Numbered from the stretch's first letter, positions 50,931 through 63,530 are shown. The stretch is DNA of 64,000 nucleotides from Mobula hypostoma (GCF_963921235.1 NC_086097.1:74960001-75024000), one strand, 5' to 3'. Notes: generated from the sequence alone by a model not told the origin. A program made the numbers and translations.

Positions 50931-51387
50931 TATTTGACTGCCTTCTGTGCCTGAGCCAAGCATCGGCTAGTTCAAGCATCAAATTAATTGAAAGGACATC
51001 GGTTGCTCAGGCAAGTCATCATAAGAGCTAAATTTAATAGCACTCAAAAATGACACAATAGCCTCAGCTGGTACAACCTCAGCCAACTGCTGTAATGGAG
51101 GTGGGTAACTATGTTCACTGAATCTTGCAGGATCTCACTGCAGTCTAGCAAATGGCCCTGCAATAATTTTAGGTGCTGAGATACCACTGTGGAGAAATGG
51201 CAATTGTTGCATCAGGCTCAGATGGGCTGTCTTCTTTTAGAATCACAATATTCTTCCCTCTCTGCCACTCCCCAGTGACCCGTCAGCCAGCAGCCCCCTG
51301 TCATGTGGAGTAAACACATTCCTCAGTGTCTTCCATTGAAAGTCAGCACCCTTCTGCTGGCTCGCGTGCAGCCACTCCGGGAGCATT

Positions 51388-51490
51388 GCATAAGACATAG
51401 GAGCAGAATTAGGCCTTTCAGCCCATCGAGTCTGCTCCACTGTTCCATCATGGCTGATCCTGGATCCCACTCAACCCCATACACCTGCCA
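51388..51490 (-). mobile_element. CR1 3' tail fragment
   Basis: CATAAGACATAGGAGCAGAATTAGGCC..., the reverse complement of 43265-43360. Confidence 0.75.
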
Positions 51491-51779
51491 CTTGCTGAAT
51501 CTGGAAATCTGCTTCCTTGTAACAGTCAGATAAGTTGATGTTTGAGGTAAGGATCCTTCATTGGAACACAGATGAAGGGCCTACATAAATGTTATTAGTT
51601 ATTATGCATTTTGACCAGTTTTGATTTATAGATTTGGCTAAGAGTGTTAGTTTTTTGCTGCCCTGAACCTAATTGTCAACAGCAGAATGAAGGTAAGGTA
51701 TGGGATATTTGATGAAATCCAATCAAATAAGAAATGTCTAGGTTACTAACTCCCCCTCAGTTCTCATATTTCTCATAAC

Positions 51780-52110
51780 ATGAAAGTCCATTTGGTCCAT
51801 TGAACATATGTCACCTCCAGACAGAACAATCCCATCAGCCCCATTCCGCCTCTTAATTCACTGTAGTTCTGCAATTCATTTTCTCTCACTTACTTCTCAG
51901 CTCCCTTTTGATTAATTTTTCCACCTCTGTGCGAGGGATGATTGACTGCAACCAGTTATCCTACCAACCAGCACATTCTTGTGATGTGGGGAGAGGCAGG
52001 AGCACCTTGGATAAACCCACACAGCTACAGGGAGCACAGAGGTTAGGATTAAATTAGGATCACTAGCACTGTGAAACCTCAGCACAACTTACTGAGCCAC
52101 TGTGTCATCT
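51780..52110 (-). mobile_element. HE1/V-SINE-like SINE
   Basis: Reverse-strand V-core (GATGTGGGGAGAGGCAGGAGCACC..AAACCCACACAG) and tRNA-like head ending at about 52108. Confidence 0.6.
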
Positions 52111-52834
52111 CTGTCTTGCCTCATCTGCAATTGTTTTCATGTAATTTGAGGCAGAAATATATCTGATGGCAAAATACTGCCCTCTTTAAGACACCATTTT
52201 GGATTATGAGAAATGCTTTCTGGAGTGCGGTGGGATCTCTTCAGGAGACCCAGGCAGTAGCAGTGCTCTTTGAGTAGCTTGTCTATGGGCACATGTAGGG
52301 GTTGCACACCAGAGTCAAAGTTATGACCTCAGTAGATAGGATTGGTTGTCCAATATCAAACCCTTTGGTTTTCCTTAATTACTCAAATGCTGAAACATAC
52401 ACAAAAGCCACAGAGTGAAACATTGCAACCATTGTCATAATATTGTCCAGTGATTCACCTGATGTTCTGTGTATATTAGCTAGTCATCTAAGGAATGGAA
52501 ACGTTTTGTTTGCAGTGTATCTCACAGTTAATGTATGGCATTCAAAACCTTTCAGTGTCAGTGAAAACTACAAACTTACTAAAGCTCTGTTCTCATTCTA
52601 CTTGCTGCTGCTCTCCACAAGAAGCCCAATATATGAAAGTTCACGACTAATATCAGGTTTATAAAAATGTCTAATGCAATGCTTGCCTTGCCCTGAGATT
52701 GCCCTTGAAAATTATGGGTATGTACATCCTCCTGCTAAGGACGATCTCTCCTTTCTCTTTCCTACTTCTAGCATCTTTTCTTGATCTGTGTGCCTTCTGC
52801 TCCCAATCATATTTCACACCAAGGGAATTACACA

Positions 52835-53337
52835 CTCATAAAACACAGCATGGCATAGGCCCTTCAGCCCATGATGTTGGGCTGTTAACCTGTTAACAGC
52901 CTGTTAACCTACTCTAAGATCAATCTAACCCTTCCCACCCACATAGCCCTCCTTTATACTAATATACATGTGCCTTTTTAAGAGATGCTTAAATGTCTAT
53001 ACTGTAGTGCCTCTATCTCTGCTTTTCGTTGGTCATTCCACGTGCCTACTACTCTCTGTATAGAAAACTTACCTATGACATCTCCCGCCCCCATACTTTC
53101 CTCCAATCAACTTAAAATTATAACCCCTGGTATAGCCATTTCTTCCCTGTGAAAAAGTCTGTGGCTGTCCACTTGATCTCTGCCTCTTATCATCTTGTAC
53201 ATCTCTATCAAGTCACCTCTCATCCTCCTTCAATCCAAAGAGAAAAGCCCTAGCTCGCTCAGTCTACCCTCATGAGACATACTCTCTAATCCAGGCAGCA
53301 TCCCGGTAAACCCTCTCTGCATACTCTCTCAAGCATC
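52835..53337 (-). mobile_element. CR1 3' fragment
   Basis: CTCTATCAAGTCACCTCTCATCCTCC (RMRGDLIE on the minus strand) and CR1 3' UTR. Confidence 0.75.
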
Positions 53338-53729
53338 AAGCAGAAAAGCTAGTATGTGGGAACACTTGAATCCTTCTGCATTTATAAAATCTTAAGAAAC
53401 TTTGAAGTACGCTAGGTCTTTAAATAAATTTTAAAAGCATGGTAAGTTTGTAGAATCATAGAAACAGCAGTTGGGGTATTAATCAGCAGCCGAATAGTGA
53501 GTACCTGAAATTCACATCAAGTAGTGCTGTGAATTCTTAATGCTGAGCAGCAAGTTGGTCACAGTCAGTTGCTCACTTATTCTGCATACTTCTGTCAAGC
53601 ATAATGAATATATATATTAACCCATATGATGTGTGATACAAAAGCACACTTGAATTTTGCATTGAAATTATGTGAATTACAGATCCAGACCAGGGGGTCA
53701 ATAATACAATTGCTCCAAGACTTTGTGAA

Positions 53730-54992
53730 CAAGTTTGACCAAGTTTGCAGATGGTAATAAAGATTGGTGGAGGGGCAGGCAGTATTGAGGAAGCAGGGAC
53801 TCTGCAGGACTTGGACAGATTTGGAGAATGGGCAAAGAAGCAGCAGATGGAATACAGTGCAGGGAAGTGTATGGTTCTGCACTTTGGTAGAAGGAATATA
53901 GGGATAGACTATTTTCTAAATAAGAAGGAAATTTAGAAATCAGAGATGCCAAGGGACTTTGGAGCCCTAATGCAGGATTCCTTAAAGTTTGTAGGTTGAG
54001 TCAGTAGACATTGTCGTCATTATGTGCAATATTGTATGATGTGGGAGATCATGGTCTTCCTATCCCTGACCATGATGGTTCTTTGCAAAATTTTCTACAG
54101 AAGTGGTTTACCATTGCCTTCTTCTGGCTAGTGTCTTTACAAAACAGGTGGCCTCAGCCATTATCAATACTCTTGCATAATCAGGACGTGATATGCACCA
54201 GCTGCTCATATGGCCACCTACCAATTGCTCCCATGGCTTCATATGACCATGAGCAGGGGGCTAAACAGGTGTTAGACCTTTCCCAAGGGTGACCTGCAGT
54301 CTAGCAGAGGGAATTAGCACCTTACACCTCCTTTAGTGCAGATGTATCTCCACTCTGCCACCCAGAGTCAGTAGTAAGGAAGGCAAATAGAATGTTAACA
54401 TTTATTTCAAGAGGAATAGAATACAAAAGCAAGGATGTAATGCTGAGCTTTATAAGACATTGATCAGACCACACTGGAGTATTTTGAATAGATTTGTACC
54501 CCATAAGTATGGAAGGATGTGCTGACATTGGAGAGCACCTAGAGGAGGTTTACAAGAATGATCCTGAGAATGAAAGGGCTAACACATGAGGAGCATTTGA
54601 TGCCTCTGGGCCTGTGCTTACTAGTGTTCAGGACAATGAAAGGGATCTCACTGAAGCCTACAAAATTTTGAAGTGCCTGGATGGAATGGACATGGAGAGG
54701 ATGTTACAAATGGTGGGAGAGTCTCAGAAAGGAAGGACATCCCATTAGAACAGAGATGAGGAATTCCTTTCAGCAGACTGTAGTGAATTTGTGAAACTTC
54801 TCTGCCACACACAGCTGTGGAGTCCATATCATTGGGTTTATTTAAAGCAGAGGTTGAAAGGTTGTTGATTAGTAAGGGCATCAGAAGTTACAGGGAGAAG
54901 GCAGGAGAATGGGGATGAGAAGGAAAATAAATTAGCCATGATCAGTTTGATGGATTGAATGACCTAATTGTGCTCCTATGACTTATGGTCTA
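53730..54992 (+). mobile_element. Degenerate CR1 RT C-terminus and 3' end, split at 54008-54364
   Basis: LQDLDRFGEWA..KCMVLHFG (53745-53936), RPH region at about 54465 and CR1 3' tail. Confidence 0.8.
54008..54364 (-). mobile_element. 357-bp non-autonomous retroposon, RTE-related
   Basis: 10-bp TSD GAGTCAGTAG (53998-54007 and 54365-54374). The minus strand carries GAAGAAGGCAATGGTAAACCACTTC, resembling the RTE/Bov-B-derived motif seen in Bov-A and Sauria SINE. Confidence 0.6.
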
Positions 54993-57990
54993 ACAACAGA
55001 AAAAGCTTTGTACAAGGTATGGCCTTTCCCTGGTGGAGCATGAAAAGAATATCAGGTGAATTGGGGGACAGAGCTGGATGCAATGATTCATGTGGAAGAA
55101 AAGCCCAGCGATAAAGGAGAGAACTGTAGATTGCAACATTAAAAATTTTTACCAGGATACTGCCTGATTAGAGGGCAGGTGCTATAAGGAAAAGCTGGGA
55201 AAGAGGAAATTATATGTAAGTTATTCGATCACAATCAATTTCTCTGCAATGAATGTTCTTCTGAGGTGATATTGAAATTGAAACTAAAATTCACAAGTTA
55301 TTCTTTTCATTCATATGAGTATTTTATTGTACAATTTTGCTAAGTGTGTATTTTGTTTTCCTAATTTTCCAGATCAAAGTACATACAGCTGGCATCAGTT
55401 GTGTCCTGACTACTTCCACAGTTTACTGAACTGGAGCATATAATGGGGAATACAGCTGTAAAGTTCACACATTGGAGTATTTTCCTTGTTATTTAATTAG
55501 CAGAGCAGAATTATGAACCTTTCCATAATGACTGATAGGCCTAGATTAAACATTCACATTGTCTGATGAATCTCACTGATAAGTTAGTGGCTTAAGATAT
55601 CTAGCGGAATATGTAATGTCCATGTGAAAACAGACTGTATCGTTGAAAAGAAGCATGGTAATATTTCATTAAATTCTTCTCAAAGAGTAAGTCACGTTAA
55701 CATTATTGCCTACAAATTGAATTCTCCTTTTTGATGTGCTATAACAGCTAGCTGCTGCCAAACTAAGTCCTCCAAAGAAATCACATGAATGCAAGAACAA
55801 TAGTGTGTTTTTTTACGTAGAAAGAATCACCATTGTGACTTGTATGATTACTGATGAGGCCAGGCTAAACTTAATACCACTACTGCTACTTAGTTGTGCA
55901 ATGATCAGGTCAGGATGCCACACACGCTCTACATGGCAGACTGACAGTATAACACGATGCTTACTTGGAAGAGACAGAGGCTGAAAGGAAGATGGACACG
56001 TGCGGCAATTCCCGCAAAGTGATATTAAAGTGTTCATAATTGGGAAGCACATGAGAAGGGAGGGCCTGTGTGCTGAGGTAAAGGTAGATCCTATGAGTCC
56101 AGCCTCAGAGGAGGCAGCAGGTATACTGCAGATGTGTGCCACATGAGTATTTCCAGTGCCCCCTGTCTTGAGGACTCCATGAGTTTCATGCAATGCATAG
56201 CCTGAAATTTTATTAACAATGCATTGCCCATCATATGACTACTGACACACTCACTGAATAACTTGCATGGTAGTTAAATGCTACACTTTGCAAATATTTA
56301 AGAACGCTCTGAGAACTTTCAGTGGTGTTTCAGTAGTCTGCGGCCACACCTAGACCTATCCATTGTCAGCAGAATGCTCATTTTAATGCAGCGTGTTGTG
56401 CTTTTTGTTTATCTATGACTATCAAATGATGGTCATTTTTGAGAGCTTTGAGTGCTACTTTTTTCTCTTAGAAGAGGGTTAAAACATTTGATGTGCCCAG
56501 CTTAATTTTATGATTAGAACCATCTCGCCCAGATATGATCAGTAGAGTAATTTCCTCCAGGCTAAATCAATTTTGGATTTCACAGCACTGAACAAACAGT
56601 GCCATATAATCCACTTACTTGGCATGTGTGCACAAAGAAAATATGTTCAATATGCAAACTCTATTATTTTTGATAACATAATATCTCTTTCAAAACCACA
56701 AGCCAAATAGACTATTTTATGTTGGGATGATTTGGGACTCAGAAAATTTAAACTTATCAAAGAAGTCATGTTTTAGAAGACCTTGCATCTTTATTAGCAG
56801 AACACAATAATTAATCCAAATTAATTCATAAGTTATCTTAAGTATAAAATACTATCTACCTCCAGTTTTTTACTGGGAATAATTTTTTTTCTGTTCTGTG
56901 AATGGTGGAATATCTTAATTATTTTTGTAGATATTGTACATCAGGAAATCATATTTCAACCAAAATTGACATTTTCACTCCAGTTAACAGTAAAATAAAT
57001 TCAGGATTTCTTCTTCATAGTTCATCTTAATTGCTTTCTACAGAGGAATTGTAATTACTTTGGCAAAAAATTAAAATGTTGAACAGTTGCAATTGCAGAA
57101 CAAATTTTATTTTCATCATAATATTATTGCAATCAATTATCAATACCTATCAATAAAGTATAACCCTCTCCTCAGTCAACAGAAAAGGGCCTTTTACAAC
57201 TAAACATAAATATTCAGGGAAAAAAGTTAATCATTTAAAAAACTAAATTTATAAAATACAGTTCAGTTCTTATTTGCAAAACAATATGTAAACAATACAT
57301 AGATAAGGTAGACTCAGTACTATACTGGAATTCCTTACTCATCTGTGGGTGTATCATCAACAGAAAGACTTCAAAGCTTCAAGAAGGTGGCTCATCATCA
57401 CCTTCTTAACGGCAGTTACAGTTGGGCAATAAATGCATAGCTTGCCACAGATGCCTGCATCCTGCTTATGTATTTAAAAATATCAATTATGAACATGTGC
57501 CTACTATTGAAAGCAATTTAGAATTTTGATGCATGGGTTGAATTTTAAATTCTGTATTTATAGCTCCTCATTAGAATAATCTTGTCATTTGTAAGCTTCC
57601 ATTTTGGTATTTTTATCTTTCTATCCATTGAGAGGACAGATATTGATCTACTCTAAGACCTTTGTGAACCACATTTATCAACTTGCCATGCGTATGAACT
57701 GGAGAACTTTGAGTGTTTCTGATGCTCCCTCCTTTCATGGTAAGATGAGATCTTGTATAGAATATTGGCTCCATGAGAACATATAGACTAACAAGACTGT
57801 TTGCATTAGCTCCTCACATGCCTTGATCGAAGAAAGGAACTGATCTGTAATTGACATAATTAGGCATAACACTTCTGCAGCTCAGAATCTAAATTCTGTT
57901 GTTTCTGTTGATGCCCAATTGAGAAAAAAAGATGTGTATCAGAGTACAGAAGACAGCGTTGAGAGTAGGCAGATCATGCAAGTAAGATGC

Positions 57991-58275
57991 TGTGGCGACC
58001 CACTTTCTGGCACACACGAACCGGCTCACAACAGCGTGCGCAGGCAGAGGGCCGGCCCCAAAAAGGGCGCCAGGCCATCTTCACCAGCAGGGGGAGAATC
58101 CCGCGTGCAGAAAGGGTCTGGGAATATGCATTCCCCACAGCAATCCCACCCAGGGAGGGCGGGAACGGGAAGGCTTTAAAACGGGCCACGAAGTTTGAAT
58201 AAATCTCTTTCATGGCAACTCTAACTCACCGACTCCGTGTGGTTATTCTAGCGCTGTGTGTAGCACATCGCTACA
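57991..58275 (+). repeat. 5' LTR
   Basis: 285-bp direct repeat of 61998-62281, with a TTTAAA TATA-like box and AATAAA. Confidence 0.97.
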
Positions 58276-58277
58276 AT

Positions 58278-58291
58278 TGGTGACCCCGACG
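58278..58291 (+). promoter_or_regulatory. Primer-binding site for tRNA-Trp(CCA)
   Basis: TGGTGACCCCGACG is complementary to the vertebrate tRNA-Trp 3' end (...CGTCGGGGTCA-CCA) and lies 2 nt after the LTR. Confidence 0.85.
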
Positions 58292-58315
58292 GCCCAAACG
58301 ATATTTGGACCAGAG

Positions 58316-58954
58316 ATGACTGACGCTGCATTTGTTCACGCAGTTTCGTTAAAACTGCCAAGCTTCTGGACGCTGCGACCCCAATTACGGTTCAAACAAG
58401 CAGAAGCACAATTCCACATTCGGCAGATAACCTTGGAGTCCACTCGCTACTACTACGTGCTGAGCTCACTCGACCAGGAGACTGCTGTACAAGTTGAGGA
58501 GTTTATACAGTCGCCCTGGAGGACAGCAAATACACAGCATTCAAAGCCCTGCTCATAAGGACTTTCGGACTCTCACGGCGCGAACAAGCACGCCGCTTAA
58601 TGCACCTGGATGGTTTGGGAGACAGGCCGCCGTCAGCATTAATGAACGAGATGCTGGCCCTAGCTGAAGGACACAAACCCTGCCTCATGTTTGAGCAGGC
58701 GTTCCTAGAGCAACTGCCCGAGGACATATGCCTGCTGCTGTCCGACGCAGATTTCAGCAACCCCTGGGAGGTGGCGGCCGGAGCAGATGTGCTGTGGAAT
58801 GCCAGGAAAGAGAGAGGGGCATCCGTTGCACAGATCACCAGGCCGCGAGCCCAATGAACAATGGTGTTTCTACCACCAGTGGTGGGGCACAGAGGCCCGC
58901 TGCTGCAGACCACCCTGCAAATTCCCAGGAAACGCCAGGGCCAGCCGCCACTGA
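58316..58954 (+). pseudogene. gag: Gypsy gag, frameshifted
   Basis: MTDAA..VSLKLPSFW..AEAQF and LGDRPPSALMNEM. C-terminal knuckle [19 protein letters not shown]. Frame disruptions near 58515 and 58855. Stop at 58952-58954. Confidence 0.85.
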
Positions 58955-58977
58955 TGGCTACGGTGGCTGGCCATCAG
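58927..58977 (+). promoter_or_regulatory. -1 ribosomal frameshift cassette between gag and pol
   Basis: A-GGA-AAC heptamer in the gag frame, 5-nt spacer, 11-bp stem (58939-58949 with 58962-58972), and loop CTGAT that can pair with ATCAG (58973-58977). pol is in the -1 frame. Confidence 0.7.
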
Positions 58978-61900
58978 GACAGCCTCCTGTACGTCTGGGA
59001 CAAGCAGTCGGGACGCTGCTTTTTGGTCGACACCGGAGCGGAGATCAGCGTCTTACCTCCAACGAGTTACGACACCCGCAACAGAGAACCAGGACCCACC
59101 CTGAGGGCCGCTAATGGCAGCACAATACGAACCTACGGCACCCGCACGGTGCGGCTACAGTTCAGCTCCAGCCGGTTCACGTGGGACTTCACACTGGCCG
59201 CCGTGGCCCAACCACTGCTGGGGGCAGATTTTCTACGAGCCCACAGCCTGCTGGTCGACCTGCAAGGGAAGCGATTAGTCCACGCCAAGACTTTTCAAAC
59301 GTTCTCCCTGGGTGAAGCACAGTTGCCAGTCCCACACCTGGACTCCATCACGCTGTCCGACGATGAATTCACCAGGGTCCTGGCGGATTTCCCATCAGTA
59401 CTGACACCACAGTTCACGGCAGCCATGCCCAGACACGGAGTACAGCACCACATCCCGACCCAGGGACCACCCCTCCACGCCCATGCTCGAAGGCTTCCCC
59501 TGGACAAGCTCCGACTGGCGAAGGAGGAGTTCAAGAAGATGGAGGAATTAGGGATCATACGACGGTCCGGCAGCCCATGGGCCTCCCCCCTTCACATGGT
59601 GCCCAAGGCAACAGGGGGCTGGAGACCATGCGGTGACTACTGCAGACTGAACGAGGCTACAACGCCAGACCGCTACCCTGTGCCGCACATTCAAGACTTC
59701 GCAGCAAACCTACACGGCGCAAGGATCTTTTCCAAGGTAGACCTCGTCCGGGGATACCATCAAATCCCTGTACATCCGGACGACATCCCCAAAACAGCAC
59801 TTATCACCTCGTTTGGACTTTTCGAATTCCTCCGAATGCCGTTTGGTCTAAAGAATGCCGCACAGACTTTCCAGCGGCTAATGGACGCGGTGGGACGCGA
59901 CCTGGACTTTGCATTCATCTATTTGGACGACATCCTCATAGCCAGCAGTAGTCGGCAGGAGCATCTGTCCCACCTCCGCCAGCTCTACTCCCGCCTGAGC
60001 GAATTCGGCCTTACAATCAATCCAGCCAAATGCCAGTTCGGACTCGACACCAACGACTTCCTGGGCCACAGGATTACTAAAGACGGGGCAACCCCGCTGC
60101 CCGCCAAGGTAGACGCGGTCCGCCACTTCCCCCGACCCAACACAATCAAAGGCCTGCAGGAATTCATGGGTATGGTGAATTTTTACCACCGTTTCCTCCC
60201 CTCAGCAGCCCGAACCATGCGCTCCCTGTTCACCCTGATGTCGGGTAAGGGCAAGGACATTACCTGGGACGAAGAGGCCGCAACCGCTTTCGTTAAAACC
60301 AAAGAAGCCTTAGCAAACGCCGCGATGCTAGTGCACCCCAGAACGGATGTTCCTACTGCCCTCATGGTGGACGCATCCAACACAGCAGTCGGTGGAGTGC
60401 TGGAACAACTCATCGAGGGTCACTGGCAACCCCTGGCGTTCTTCAGCAAACACCTACGACCACCCGAACTCAAATACAGTGCTTTCGACCGGGAGCTATT
60501 GGCACTATACCTGGCAATCCGGCATTTCAGGTACTTCTTAGAAGGTAGGCCCTTCACCACGTTCACAGACCACAAACCGCTTACTTTTGCGTTCACTAAG
60601 GTGTCCGACCCCGGTCGTCCCGCCAGCAGCGACATCTGTCCTACATCTCCGAGTACACGACGGACATCCGGCATGTCTCCGGAAAGAACAATGTCGTGGC
60701 AGACGCACTTTCCAGACCTACCATACAGGCCCTGTCCCAGGGGGTGGACTATGCAGTGCTGGCAGAGGCACAGCAGGCAGACACTGAGATCCCCAGTTAC
60801 AGGACTGCAGTCTCCGGTTTACAGCTTCAAGACCTCCCCGTAGGCCCAGGTGAGAGGACCCTACTATGTGACGTAGCAAGCGGCCAACCCCGCCCCGTCG
60901 TCCCAGCAGCCTGGCGCCGGCGGGTTTTCAAGTCCATTCACAACTTAGCGCACCCCTCCATCAGGACAACCGTCCGGCTGGTCGCCAACAGGTTCGTGTG
61001 GCATGGACTTCATAAGCAGGTCAGTGAATGGGCCAAAACGTGCATGCAGTGCCAAATGGCCAAGGTGCAGCGGCACACCAAGGCTCCACCGCAGCGGTTC
61101 GAACCCACCCGCCGGAGGTTCGACCACATTCATGTGGATATCGTGGGGCCCCTGCCAGTGTCGCGAGGAGCGCGGTACCTCCTAACTATGATAGACTGGT
61201 TCACCAGATGGCCAGAGGCAGTCCCGCTCACCGACACCACCTCCGAATCCTGCGCCCGAGCACTGATCGCAACCTGGGTAGCCCGCTTTGGGGTACCAGC
61301 CCACATTACCTCCAACAGGGGCGCCCAGTTCACCTCCAGCCTGTGGTCAGCTATGGCCAGCCTTTTAGGAACACAGCTACACCACACAACTGCCTACCAT
61401 CCACAGTCGAACGGACTAGTGGAGCGCTTCCACCGTCACCTGAAATCGGCTCTCATGGCCCGCCTGGAGGGGTCTAACTGGGTGGACGAACTTCCCTGGG
61501 TCCTGCTCGGAATCCGCACGGCGCGCAAGGAGGATCTACACACCTCGTCGGCCGAGTTGGTGTACGGCGCGCCCCTGGTCGTCCCAGGAGAGTTCATACC
61601 AGCCCCAAGGGGGCAAGAGGAAGAACCCACAGCAGTCCTGGATAGACTACGGGAGAGGCTTGGTAACCTGGCCCCCATCCCCACTTCACAGCACGGACAG
61701 AGCCCGACCTGCGTACCCAAAGACCTGCAGAACTGTAAGTTTCTTTTTGTACGACGGGGCAGACACCGGGCCTACGAGGGACCGTTTAAGGTGATCAGGA
61801 GCAACGGGTCCACGTTCGTGCTGGACATTGGGGGGAGAGAGGAGGTTTTCACGGTGGACCGACTCAAACCGGCCCATGTGGACTTGGCGCAACCGGTCCA

Positions 61901-62204
61901 GGCTCAGGCACCGCGGTGCAGGGGCAGACCTCCCAAACAGAGGCCGATCCAGACTGTGGACATTGGGGGAGGTATCGCCGGTTCTGTGGGGGAGTTATGT
62001 GGCGACCCACTTTCTGGCACACATGAACCGGCTCACAACAGCGCGCGCAGGCAGAGGGCCGGCCCCAAAAAGGGCGCCAGGCCATCTTCACCAGCAGGGG
62101 GAAAATCCCGCGCGCAGAAAGGGTCTGGAATATGCATTCCCCACAGCAATCCCGCCCAGGGAGGGCGGGAACGGGAAGGCTTTAAAGTGGGCTGCGAAGT
62201 TTGA
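58930..62204 (+). pseudogene. pol: Gypsy pol (protease, RT, RNase H, integrase) with one frameshift near 60612
   Basis: [27 protein letters not shown], integrase HHCC and D-(N)-E. ORFs 58861-60843 and 60696-62204. Confidence 0.93.
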
Positions 62205-62281
62205 ATAAATCTCTTTCATCGCAACTCTAACTCACCGACTCCGTGTGGTTATTCTAGCGCTGTGTGTAGCACATCGCTACA
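61998..62281 (+). repeat. 3' LTR
   Basis: 284-bp direct repeat of the 5' LTR, followed by the ATGC TSD. Confidence 0.97.
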
Positions 62282-63493
62282 ATGCGGCGAAACCTGTTTG
62301 TGAAACCACCGATCAGGTAGTAATTTACATGACAGTACCTGTAAGAAATCTGTTACTTTATAACTCCTGAAAAAACCTGCTCATTTGTACATTTTAAACA
62401 CCATTTCCAATTAATTTCAATATGTAGTATTTGTGGATTACTGCATATGTATGGATTTAATCAGTGATCCATTCCAATTACAAACCTCTCAGTTTTGAGC
62501 ATACGTTTAATAATAAAATCCTATAAAAGTAATGTACTTCAAAAATGAATTCATATTAATTTCATTTATAAGTACCCTCTATATCTGTGAAATCAGAGCA
62601 ATAATTTAGTAATCATGTGCTTGACAGAAGATATATTTTATTTTGTTGTATTAGTCTGGTACTGTTCAACTGCAAGTTATTGGAAAAAGACACGAAACAG
62701 TAAGACTCCAAAGATAATATATACAATAACAAATGATGAATGAAGTATTTTATATATAAAGAACTCATCCCTACATTGTTGGTTTGAAGTAGAGCTTTTC
62801 AATACTGAATTGATGGATGGTATGTAATTCTTCAGCTTTAAGACATTCATTCCAAAATTCTGTCTTTAGTCTTTTAGACTCAGAAACGAGTGATTCACTA
62901 GTCAGCTCTAAAAGGCCTTTTGAAAATTCTGAAGAAGTTTGTTTATCACTCTCTCTAGAAATCTCAGTTCAGTCTAATATAGCTAGGAAGAATGGCCTGT
63001 TGTCTGGGCAATTCATTTTATTTCCCCATGGCTATAACCACACAAAAACATCTGTTGAATCGTATTATATAAATCCTGACTGATAATCTAATATGCCCAA
63101 GGGACCTTTAATTTAGGTACTGTAAAAAAAGCCACGTGGTCTGCAAAAGTGCACTGTTAACACAACTTACTGCCTTCCTATCTGGATTCTACAAAAACGT
63201 CTGAAAAATTATGTTATATAAATCCTGATGTGTAAGCTAATACACCCCATGGGATTTTACTTTAGATATCATTGAGAAAGGAGATTGACCCCTCCACATG
63301 ATAAACACAAGTTCATGGGCTGCACGTGGTTGGTTGTCGGAAATGACAAAAGGAAAGGTCAGGGATTGAAAGTAAACTGGCAGCAGAGATAGCAAAATCT
63401 TATGCATTCATTTAAAAAGCAGGTATGTTGGAATGCTCAGTGAAGAGAGTGTTGAAGTCAAAAACATATTTCTATAATTACCCAGCTTGAAAG

Positions 63494-63529
<36 letters not shown>

Positions 63530-63530
63530 A
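63494..63530. repeat. (TA)n(TG)n microsatellite
   Basis: ATATATATATGTGTGTG... read directly from the sequence. Confidence 0.95.

Larger units (their letters stand above)
57991..62281 (+). mobile_element. Structurally complete Gypsy LTR retrotransposon, CsRn1/Kabuki/Boudicca-like
   Basis: LTRs 57991-58275 and 61998-62281 (TG...CA; 10 substitutions and 1 indel). TSD ATGC. PBS at 58278-58291 and short PPT at 61988-61994. Domain order gag-PR-RT-RH-IN. Confidence 0.97.

Noticed and set aside
55350..55445. Strong plus-strand acceptor (TTTTGTTTTCCTAATTTTCCAG)
   Set aside because: All three frames reach a stop within about 70 nt, and there is no donor or other support.
55851..55880. CTGATGAG as a hammerhead core
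   Set aside because: No GAAA...NUH second core strand and no supporting stems.
59295..61892. Multiple antisense and alternate-frame ORFs within the Gypsy element
   Set aside because: By-products of GC-rich pol coding sequence, with no independent motifs.
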